Assembly: GCA_963666285.1 (NCBI GenBank)
Contig: OY762711.1
Reading direction: 5' to 3' (one strand)
Source of the DNA: Sedimentisphaerales bacterium
GTDB lineage: Bacteria; Planctomycetota; Phycisphaerae; Sedimentisphaerales; SM23-30
Length of the DNA: 64,000 bases
Shown: positions 27,429 through 38,200 of the stretch, one piece after another
Numbering within the stretch: position 1 is the first letter of the stretch
Layout: the number at the start of each line of letters is the position of its first letter
Position numbers and translations under genes: made by a program
Notes under the pieces: model-generated
What the model was told of the DNA's origin: nothing
Database searches by the model: none
Seen by the model: only the letters and a program-made list of their open reading frames with translations

Positions 27429-28664
27429 TTATCTTTCAGGCATTCGATCGCCGAACTTGATAGCGAACTGGTTTATCGCCTGATTCCAGCATCTAATTGG
27501 CATTGTCCATTTTTGCGAGATATTTTCAAGAGCCAAATAGAATATCTTCAAAATTGAAGCTTCGGTTGGGAATGCTCCTTTAGTTTTGATAACTTTTCTC
27601 AGAGAACGATTCAGAGATTCAATTGCATTGGTGGTATAAATCGCTTTACGGATCTCTGGCGGATAATCAAAGAACGGTATGATGTTTTGCCAGTTATTAC
27701 GCCAGCTTTGGCTAACCATAGGGTACTTATCATCCCATTTTTGAGCAAATTCGTCCAGAGCCATTTCAGCTTCCTGCTCAGTGGCTGCGGTATAGATTAG
27801 CTTTAAATCAGAACATAGCTGTTTGCGATCTTTCCAGTTAACAAACCGCACTGAATTACGAACCATATGTACAATACATAACTGTACCTGGGTTTTAGGG
27901 AAAACGGCTTCTATAGCTTCTGGAAAGCCTTTTAAGCCATCTATGCAAGTGATGAATATATCTTTAACACCTCGATTTTGAAGCTCTGTAATGATATTAA
28001 GCCAGAATTTTGCTCCTTCAGTTTTAGCTATCCAGATACCCAATAATTCCTTCATGCCATCCATATTTACACCGAGAGCAAGATAAACTGACAAATTGGA
28101 TACTTTGCCGTCCTGGCGACATTTAACAACAATACAGTCAAGGAATACTATTGGATAAACTTCATCCAAAACTCGATTTTGCCAGGATTTAACTTCCTGC
28201 ATTATACTCTCGGTTGCCTGGCTGATAAGACCTTCAGAGACATCAACGTGATACATATCCAGAAGACATGCCTGAATGTCTCGAACACTCATGCCACGAC
28301 CATACATGGCTATAATCTTATCGTTAAAACCTTCGAAATACTTCTCGCCCTTGGGAATAAGCTTGGGTTCAAATGTGCTGTTGCGGTCACGGGGAGGATT
28401 AAGTTCAACTTCGTCAGAATCGATTACAACAGACTTTTTACCATTGCCATTACGACTATTGCCACTGTTATTGCCCTTAGGGTCATGCTTGCTGTAGCCC
28501 AGATGGTCGCTCATCTCTGCTTCTAAAGCTCGTTCAACTATTCGTTTTTTGAGCTCAGAAAATAAACCTGATTCTCCCCAAAACTCCTCCGGAGTATTGT
28601 AACCTCCTAGAAGCTCATCAATTAACTCATCTTTACGTTTGTCTTGTGCCGATCGTTTAGCCAT
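27429..28664 (-). CDS. IS256 family DDE transposase
   Basis: NSRNG, PRDR..TFEP, YPIVFLD, DGLKGF, QLCIVH..RN, IYTTNAIES.N. Confidence 0.97.
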   Translation of the reverse strand: MAKRSAQDKRKDELIDELLGGYNTPEEFWGESGLFSELKKRIVERALEAEMSDHLGYSKHDPKGNNSGNSRNGNGKKSVVIDSDEVELNPPRDRNSTFEPKLIPKGEKYFEGFNDKIIAMYGRGMSVRDIQACLLDMYHVDVSEGLISQATESIMQEVKSWQNRVLDEVYPIVFLDCIVVKCRQDGKVSNLSVYLALGVNMDGMKELLGIWIAKTEGAKFWLNIITELQNRGVKDIFITCIDGLKGFPEAIEAVFPKTQVQLCIVHMVRNSVRFVNWKDRKQLCSDLKLIYTAATEQEAEMALDEFAQKWDDKYPMVSQSWRNNWQNIIPFFDYPPEIRKAIYTTNAIESLNRSLRKVIKTKGAFPTEASILKIFYLALENISQKWTMPIRCWNQAINQFAIKFGDRMPER

Positions 28665-28742
28665 AGTTCTTTACCTCACATTATAGGTTAACAAATCTAT
28701 GACCATTTACACAGTTTAATTTACACCCTCTTAATTAAATAT

Positions 28743-28774
28743 ACAACCCGTCTACTCGTGCCTTTCTTTTTTAT
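28743..28774 (+). repeat. Degenerate direct repeat of the fliC terminator 3' half (26112-26143)
   Basis: ACAACCCGTCtAcTcGTGCCTTTCTTTTTTAT, 29/32 identical to 26112-26143. Confidence 0.85.
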
Positions 28775-28953
28775 TCTTTGTTTTTACTTATAAAGTATAA
28801 AGTATCGCTTTGTAAAATTGCATACAAATCAGCTTTACCAACATCGACTTGTCTCGCATCAGCTAGTAATAGATTAGAATTGCCGACATTTGAAATCCCA
28901 CCTCCCACCTCTAACTTATCTCCTCTAACTCTTCCCATCCTTCATCCTATCTC

Positions 28954-30498
28954 CTATTCCGCACCGACAAACTTCACATCTCTTACCAGCATAGCATTCT
29001 CAGAATTATTCGTTTTCATCCATCGCTTATTGCCATCCGTCAAATCCTCGCCTTCGATAGAAACATTATCAAATGTTACATCCTGGATATACTTGGTTGG
29101 CGTCCCTTCCTGAAACCATCCGTTTAGCAGTATCTCATTGGCAATTGAGCTGCCGCTGTTAGAAGGTGATGAAATATTCTTATACATCACATTACATATC
29201 CCCCCCTCGGTACTCTGGTCACCTTTGATCGAGCCAAACCAGAAACTGTCCTTAAACGTCAGGCAGATCAGCCGTTCGCAGCGATTAACCCGAATATTCT
29301 CAAAACGGATATCCTTAAAGAACGTACCCTCCAGGCATACAATTGTCATTACCGACCGCTCGTCCAATTCCATATGATGGTCCCGGTCGTCATAAGAGCA
29401 CAACACATCGATATTCCTGAAAGTAATATTGCTGTAATGAACCGCTCGCGTCTCCGCGCCCATACACATCGAATTATTACAATCGTTCCACAACTGCATG
29501 TTCTCAAATACCATATTCTCATTCGCCGGACATTCAGCCGGCTTTCCCGCTGCCAGTCCCTTTATCGAAATCGAATCGTCGCAGGAGCGGATAAATACAT
29601 TATCAAAATGAATCCCGTTCGAATTGATAATGTCAAACCCATCCGTACTCGCATAACCTGTCCCGACAATCTTGACATTCGATACCGAAAAATTTGATAC
29701 CGCATACATTGCCGCCGTCCAGTTTCGCCGCTTATGGTTATGAATCAATATTCCGTCGAGACTGACATTCTTACTGTAATTCGCACCTAGTACTACGTTG
29801 TTAGCCTCTGCCCTCATCAGCATCCCTCGCCCGAATACTCGCACCCCGTCTGCATTGGTAATATTCATCAGGCCGTGAACCACGGCACCGCCGGCAATAT
29901 ACACCTTTTGCTTGCCGGAAATTTCCAGCGGCTTATCCAGTTTATGATAGCCCGGCCCAAAATATACCAGCTCTTCTGATGCTGCCTCCGGTTTGTCTTT
30001 ATCAATTGTATTGGCAAAAATATGCAGCACCTCACCCTGGTAATCGTTATCAAACACAACCGTCAAAGCCTGCGGCTTGTTTATCTTTATACAAATCGTT
30101 TTACCATGGCGACTGGAAATGATATCATTATTTTTGGGTAAAATATCGTAATCGTCGAATCCTCTGGCATAATCAACCTCTATCTCAACCTCTCGCCCGG
30201 CCGCCATATCAAAATAGCCGAAACTCACAAGCTTGGACCAGGCGTTTATGTCATTATAAATTCCGGTATAATGGCCGCTTACCTTAACATTAAACAGCGG
30301 CTCACCCTCGAACGGAAACTCTGACGGGGCGGCATAGGTAATAAGTGAATCTGTTTTACTGGTTTCGCCTAACGCTCTCATCTCAAACTTTGTATGCGCT
30401 TTGACGCTCGCCGGTCCTGGCCTGCTTTCTTCAGCAGCCCGACACAAACACGTAACCAATAATAACAGTATGACGGCATATTGCAGTATCTTTATCAT
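28954..30498 (-). CDS. Secreted beta-helix glycoside hydrolase (GH28/GH49-like, polygalacturonase-like)
   Basis: Signal peptide, YFGPGYH, VYIAGGAVVHG, STDGFD, FIRSCDDSISIK. Confidence 0.78.
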   Translation of the reverse strand: MIKILQYAVILLLLVTCLCRAAEESRPGPASVKAHTKFEMRALGETSKTDSLITYAAPSEFPFEGEPLFNVKVSGHYTGIYNDINAWSKLVSFGYFDMAAGREVEIEVDYARGFDDYDILPKNNDIISSRHGKTICIKINKPQALTVVFDNDYQGEVLHIFANTIDKDKPEAASEELVYFGPGYHKLDKPLEISGKQKVYIAGGAVVHGLMNITNADGVRVFGRGMLMRAEANNVVLGANYSKNVSLDGILIHNHKRRNWTAAMYAVSNFSVSNVKIVGTGYASTDGFDIINSNGIHFDNVFIRSCDDSISIKGLAAGKPAECPANENMVFENMQLWNDCNNSMCMGAETRAVHYSNITFRNIDVLCSYDDRDHHMELDERSVMTIVCLEGTFFKDIRFENIRVNRCERLICLTFKDSFWFGSIKGDQSTEGGICNVMYKNISSPSNSGSSIANEILLNGWFQEGTPTKYIQDVTFDNVSIEGEDLTDGNKRWMKTNNSENAMLVRDVKFVGAE

Positions 30499-30719
30499 AT
30501 AACCTTTGCCTTTCAAAATCGCATAATTCACCCCAAAGGGCCTTCCAGTTAATTCTCAAATTAAATATAGCGAGAGACGATAGCAGACGCCTTTATCAAC
30601 TATATCAGAAATATTACATAATCCGGGACTGTACGGTCAAGACAATTTTATTCTTCATCCGGTTCTTAAAAGTTTCGATATATATATTCTTATACCCCCG
30701 CTTTAAAATGCGGACACGT

Positions 30720-31570
30720 GCTTCTAATTTCTCCCTTCTCCCATAATTCATTAATTTCACTTCCTTCATGGTCAAATAATAATATTCTTCGCGATCTTTG
30801 CGTCCTCTGCGAGCAACAGTATTTTTTTTCGTGTTCTTTCGTGAATTTTGTGGTTGACAATCTTTTTCATAATTCAGCATTCATAATTCATAATTTAAAA
30901 CTCCTCCCTCCTCGCTTCTCCCTTCTTCCTCTTCCCATCCTTCAGGTGCCGCAATTTTGATTGAACTTTACCTACGCGTCAGCTTTAAAACAAGTTGTGA
31001 GCAATAGCGAATTATTCCTGATGTCAACGTACATCAGGGCACCTATTTTACACTTTTTATTTTACCCTTTACACTTTGATGTCGCACAGCGACATCTGGT
31101 CCGTCCACAATCAAAAAATAACAACTTACATCAATCCCCGCAAAATTCCCTTCCCGCCGCACTATCTCCGCAAGCCACCATGCATTCGTTCTTATATCCC
31201 CGCACTCTTCTATTTCATTCCGTTTTTTAACCCATCTTTCACCCCACCATTATCATTTATAAATCAATTAGCCTCGCCGAACCCGTTTAAAATAGGTCGC
31301 GTAGCGATACACCAACTCTTACCTTTTACCTCATACCTCTTACCTATGTTCGCGTTCCCGTCCGTATACCGCCGCACCCATTCAACGTTCCTCCGTATAC
31401 TGCCCGCGGCCCGCAATTCGCCGCCGTTCAAATCCGTTACCCTTTTCACCGCCGTCCACCCGCCGCGCTGCCCCGTTACCTTTCCGCACACCTACCGTTA
31501 CCCATTAATTAGTCGTCGCGAAGCGACACCGCAATTCTTCACTCATCGTTCTTCGTTCTTCACTTGATTT
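30720..31570. repeat. Cluster of degenerate 7- and 9-10-nt periodic tracts and GC-GNA-GC mini-hairpins
   Basis: e.g. TTCATAA-type x5 (30866-30900), TTTACAC-type (31047-31079), CTCTTAC-type (31316-31345); GTCGC-N3-GCGA(C/T) at 31081, 31295, 31515. Confidence 0.65.
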
Positions 31571-32278
31571 TTTCAAAGAAAAAATCACCGCGTTTTTACA
31601 TCCACCAAATCGCGAAAATCTAAAATCTTCAAAATTATTATCCCCCTTACTCCCAACACCTTACAAACTTCCACACCAACCATCCCGCCCAAAAAATCAG
31701 CGCACTTTTGACATACCATCCAACAGTAGAGAGCTAACAAAAAAATGAGTACCAGCAAAAATCAGCTCTCTATAAAACATAACAACGACGAAAACTTCGT
31801 CTTTTACATAAATTTTGCTCTTTGAAAAACTGAATATTTGTATCACGCCTCGGCAAATCATTCTGATTTGCCCTCTGGAATTGACAATCTCAATTCGTCG
31901 CCGAGCGAAGCGAGGTCTGTTCCAAGCTTTGCTTGGTCTCCGAAGTAGCTCGCCTGCTGAGACCCGGTTTTATTGGACCATGCTGTGTGTCGCAGGTAAA
32001 ATTATTTCAAGTCTTTTTGGAGGTTGATTTTACTGTTATCGCTGTCATATCCGTTTTCAGTATTGATAAAAGCCTGTTTCCTGTAGTTTATGTCCGGTTA
32101 CCTGTTCTATCAATGTTTACACCAATACGTTAATAAAATTTAACAAATAGATATCAAATTATATGACGATGTCTTTGCTAACAGTATTGTAAACTAAAAA
32201 TGTTTGAATTTGGTAATTGAGTATATCACAAATGGGGGAGATTTCTCATCTCTCGGCATAAACTATGGAGATTCTAAA

Positions 32279-35200
32279 ATGTCACTATTAAGAAAAATTC
32301 GCAGGAATATCTTAAACGCAAAAAGACTTACCGCTTCTCGTCATAATCGTATCAAGACCAAAGCTGAAAAACTCAGCAGAATATCTCTCGAAGCTCTTGA
32401 GCCCAGGGTGTTGCTTGCTGCCGATCTCGAAGCTTCTCTTATGCCCGCTGATATGCTGCGTCCCGACTGGGGCGATACCATCGATATGGAACTTAACGTT
32501 GTCAATAACGGCACCGACCTTACCAGTGGTACCGCCGACGTTGCGTTCTATATGGACGCTAACGGTAATGACACCCTGGACATTGGTACCGACCTTGAGA
32601 TTACTTCTGTTACCGCCAATACCTCATATGAACCCAATACTCCGTCTTTGCCGCTGAACTTTGCCAACGATAATCTTCCATCAACAAAAGAGTTGGAAGG
32701 GGTATATACTCTTACCTTACCGTCTTCCGGATATACCGACGGTGATTATACCATTTTCGTTACTGTTGACGGAACCGCAATTAGTGATAGTGATACTACC
32801 AATAACAATGCTCAGTTTACCATACCAATCGGTCTTACCGCTCCGACCGGCATAGATGTTGCTCCGAAATTCTTCGATTTTGATGCTCTTGATATTATGG
32901 ACGAGCTTAAAGCCGGCACTGTCTATCCTGTCAGTATCGGCGTCCAGAATTTTGGTGATACCGCAACTTCTGCCGCGGTTAATGTCTCTATCTTCATTAG
33001 CCCTGATAAGATTCTTACCTCTGATTCTATTTTATTGACAACCGATGGCACAAACCCGGCTACCGCTGCAACAACCGGAGCCCTCAACGCAGGTACACTT
33101 GAATTTGTATCTATCGATGTCCAGATGCCGACGACTAATCCATTTGGTACCGATGAAGATATGTATCTAATTGCTGCTGTTGATGCTACCGGGATATCAT
33201 CCGGTACTCTTACCGGCGGTGCCGAGACTGAAACTTATGAGTCAAATAATTATATACCGGCAGAAGACGAACTTTCGCTGGTTTCCACTTCCAGTACTTC
33301 AGGTGTCGACCTTGGTGCCGGGTTCCTCTGGTTTGGCTCAACCTATACCGAAACTGTACCAAATTTTACCTGGGGTCAGACAACAGGTATTCCGGCTGCA
33401 AATGTCGGTCTATACAATGCCGGTGATACCGATGCGACTGCTTTTGACGTAGAAGTAAAAATCTCGCCTACCGAGGATAGCAGTGACACCAATGCTGTGT
33501 CATTAGTTTCAACTACCGGCGCAGCTGTAACTGCAACTTCTATGCAGTATACAACTGAAACAATTGCGCCGACTGCAGTACCGTCAACCTTTGGCGATGC
33601 CTCTTCTCCTGTCGGCTGGGCATATGCTTACGCGTATCTGGATGTGAGTTCAACTAATACAGACGTTGACGCTGCAAATAATATCTCTGATGCTGCTAAG
33701 GTATGGATGGGCAGCTTCGATGGTACCAACCCGGATCTGTCACCTTATGAATTGGACTATACAACTTATGACGATACCGGGTATTTCCATTGGGGAGATT
33801 CTATTGAGATCGAAGGATCAATTGCAAATGTAGGAACAGCTACCGGCGCTGTTAGCTCAAGTGCTCCTGTTACAGTAACTTACTATCTGCATGATGCCGC
33901 TGACATTACTGATACAGCCTCTTTTACTCCGATATCTCTTGGCTCCGGTACCGTTATTACTGATATGGATTCTGGAGAAATTGTTGAAATATTCCTGCAT
34001 AATATAACTGTTGATGAGCCGACTACACCAAGTACCGATACCAATCCGAGTTACCAGATAGTTATGAGTATTGATGGCGGCACTGCTGTTGCGACTGAAG
34101 CTTCTACAACAAATAATACTCTAGCATTGGATATCGCACCTTATGATACTACATTGCAGCTGGATGTTAGCACTAACGCACCTTTTGCCGATTGGGCTAT
34201 TCCGCCAACTATGGAAATTTACTTGTCTGGCCTCGATGGTCTGGATTTAAGTGCTAATAGTGTTGATGTCAATTTCTATCTGTCATCAGATACCACGCTT
34301 GATACAGGTTCTGATGACGCGGTAGGTACATATACCTTTAACTTTGATACGGGAACTAATAAACTTATAGTAGGCGGCAGCCCGCTTACTGCTAATTATT
34401 CGCTCGATTTTAGCGGGTTAAGCTCACCGGCTGACGGGGATTATACAATTTTCGCAACTCTGTCATCTCCGTCCGGCGTAAGCTTCCCTTCCACCAGCGG
34501 CATAACCGAATCTATTAATATGCCTATTGGAGATGTTACTTCTGTTACCGGCATGGATCTCTCTGGTGACAGCGTTATAATGCCGGTTAATTCGGAAATC
34601 TACTGGGGCGGCGATCTGGATCTTGCTCTTATAATTAGTAATATTGGTGATACCAATATAACAAGTAGTTTTGATATCCAGGCTTACCTCTCTGTTGATA
34701 ATGTGGTTGACAGCTCTGATATCTCTCTTGGCTCTGCTGTTACTGTTTCTGGTGGTATAAATGCTTTGACTACGGCAATTACCGCTCATTCTGTTACTCT
34801 GCCGTCCAAGACTGTGGCGGAAACTGCTTTTGGCAATAGCTATGTGAGTAATACAAGTCAGACATACCAGATATTATTTGCTCTTGATAGTGGTTCTGCT
34901 ATTACAGAAGCGTACGAGTATGATAATACATTTGGTAGCTCATTTATCAATATTGCCGATAGTGCGACTGTTACACCTACTGGGATTGATGTTGCCGGTC
35001 AGCATTTCTTTAGCCCGACTCTGATGACATCGTCCTCTCCTTCGCTGGAGTGGGGCGGGTCGCTGACCGTATACGCCAACTTTGAAAATATCGGGCCTTC
35101 CGATGAAACTGCTGGATTCAGTATAAAATACTATCTGTCTCCAAGTGCATCGCTTCCAACCGACCCGACAACAGATTCTTCTATATTGGAACTCACTTCT

Positions 35201-38200
35201 GCCGATACGGTAGCGTCGCTTACTTCCGGAGCTGTAACAAATGCCAGTTTCACTGCCAAGACTCTTACTGTACCATCTGCTCCTGCCAGTCCGTCTGGAA
35301 GTTATTATATTATAGCTCGTGCGGCAAATGTAACTAGCGATACAGCAACAACTAATAATGATATTATCATGCAGAAGATTGACGGTAATAATATGCAGGT
35401 TGCAGTGTCTGCTCCTGATCTTGTGCCTGATGTCGAAAAAGATAATCCAGAATTCGATTCTGATGTATATTGGAAATTTGGTGGTCAGTATACTCTGGCA
35501 TTAGATGTATTAAATGACAGCTCAATCGAAGTTAGTGGCAGCACAACTGCAAATATATATATATCAGCAACTGAACCGGATGTCTCTACATTAACTATAA
35601 GTACTTTGGAATCGGATACTGCTACATATACAAAATTGACCAGTGACCAGACAATCACTTTTTCAACCGGTGAATTCGAATCTATTAATGATGTAACTGT
35701 TACTTTACCAAGTGGTACCGGCTGGACTGACGGCAAGTACTATCTGATTTATGCTGTTGATACCGGCGATAGTGAGGTCGAGGTAGATGAAACAAATAAT
35801 ATCGAATTTATCGGTATTAATATAGCGTCAACTTCTCCAATAGCAGGAAAAACCGATATTGAAATGTTGGATATGGAAATAGAAGTTGATAATGCCGGTG
35901 ATAATGACCTTACCGTTCTTCAATTGGCTTGGAATACAACATATACTGGTGCTGCAGAGCATATGTTGTATAATGCCGGCGATGCTATAGCTTCCGGCAG
36001 CCCGTCAACCTTTACTGTGGATTACCAGTTAACTACTGACGGCGATTATACTTCCGGTACTGCCAGTCTGGGAACATCAACTGTTACACCACCGGTAGAT
36101 TCGCTTGCGATTTTCGACGGTACTGTTGATATTGTTACTCCGGCTTCTGGCACAAATGGAATTTATTATGTTGTTGCCAAAGCTGACTCTGCCGGTGATA
36201 TTACCGCTGAACAATCTGTAGATACTGATAATAATATATCAGATCCGTTCCCTTTATATATTGGTGACTGGGCGACCGGTGTTGATCTGGCTGCATTTAC
36301 CAGTGAAATATCTCTTGCTGGAACTAATATCGACCAGGATTCATATGTTCCCGGTGATGTTATTACTGTTGAATATCAGGTTGCTAATGTAGGTGATACC
36401 CAGGCCCAGGCATTTACAGTAGAATTCTATCTCAGTGACGATGCAACTGCTGATACTGGTGAGCTTATAACTCCAACTTCTACCAGTCCGTCGAACCCGG
36501 GGGCGCTGAATGGAAGTGGTTCTATTATGAATATGACCGCTACTATGACCGTACCGGCACCGGCGACCACCTCGTCTACTGGAGAATATTATCTGATAGT
36601 AAAGGTTGTGCCTAATGGCGGTGACACCGATGTTACAACAACTAATAACGAAATACTGACATCGATAAATGTTGATCTGCCGGATCTGGCGATCAGCTCA
36701 ACTGGCGAATTTTTACTTTCTCCGACAGTAGTCGATTATGTCTGGGGTCAGACTGACTATGATGTTGAGATTGAATTCTCTAATACTGGCGATGGCGATG
36801 CAGCTAATTTCAATGTAAGACTGGTTTTAAGTGCCGATAGTACCTATGATGCTTCATCTGATATCGAACTTTCTACTTTTACTGTTGATAAAGTAGCGGC
36901 AGGGGCCACTTATGTTAATGTTGTTAGTATTGACATACCGGAAGAAACCAGCGGTTCCGGTGCGATTCCGTCGAGTCTGGATGATAACAATACGAGCACA
37001 AATACTTACTATATCCTGGCGGTTCTTGATAGTGGTGACAGCAGTAATTCATATGCCGCTGAACTTGACGAAATTAGTACAACTAATAATATATCGACTC
37101 AGGCGTTGACTATAACAGATAGTTCGGGAATAACACTGCAATCTGGTGTTGCTGACTTGCAGGTAATTGGCGGTGATTTTGAAGTTTACAATGATGAAGT
37201 GCTTTGGGGAATGTGGGTTCCTCTGGAAGTGCCTGTATATAATGATGGTAATACCGCTGCCGGTGCATTTAATATTCAGTTTGCACTGTCTGCTGATACA
37301 GTTTGGGATGGGAGCGGAACCGATATTATCCTTACCGAACATTATTATAATAATAGTACTGCGAATACAACCTCATGGAATGTAACTTCTTTGGCGGCAG
37401 GTACATATTATGTTGCCGAAGGTATGGTGAGGATCCCTGACTATGATTCTTCATATACTGAGACCAGCTATAAAATTATTGCCAAAATTGACAGTGATAT
37501 AAATTCAGACGATTCCGCCGGCACCGGTCTCGGCGATGTCGACGAAACGGGATACGAGGATAATAATGTTACCGAACTTGACTCTAATGTTACCCTTGCC
37601 CAGCCGACTACTGGCACTACTGATATAATTCCGAGTTTGCTCTATCCGACCTGGAATACATCTTCTACTTACGTTTCCGGTAGTACAATTACGGTTGTTG
37701 CTGGTGTAACCAATTACGGTGATACCTCTGCTGATCCCGGAACCGGAGCTATAAATGCCGATTTCTACCTCGTACCGAGTATGACAACCGCTTTGGTTGA
37801 TGCCGCAGGTAATATCAGTAGTAGCGCTGTTCCTCTGACCGAGTCATCCAATTTTGTTGTATCTATTAATAATGCCAAGGTTCTACCGGCAGGTACTGGT
37901 TACGAACAAAATATGACCTTAACTATACCAAATGGTATAACCGCAGGTACTTATTATCTGGCGATGATGGTTGACAGTACATCAGCGATAACGGAAACCA
38001 GTAATACGCTAGTAAATGGTGAAGCTAATAACTATATGGTAGTCCCTGACAATAGTTATGCCATAACAATTGGCACTCCTCAGTATGACCTGGAAGTTGC
38101 CGATACTACAGCTGTCCAGTTTACTGATGGGGCGGGAACTGCCCTGACCGGCAGTCCGGTATTTACCTCTGAAATTGGTAATATTGGCCTGGATATAACA

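Larger units (their letters stand above)
27168..28730 (-). mobile_element. Complete IS256-family insertion sequence (1563 bp)
   Basis: Imperfect terminal IRs GGGAGTGTTCATTTGACTGTGTAAATGG / GAGGGTGTAAATTAAACTGTGTAAATGG; 8-bp TSD TTAATTAA at 27160-27167 and 28731-28738. Confidence 0.95.

Noticed and set aside
30720..31570. Possible CRISPR array or real ORFs (e.g. 31076-31567, 31264-31491)
   Set aside because: No constant 23-50-bp repeat with regular spacers and no cas genes; ORFs are low-complexity translations of the tracts
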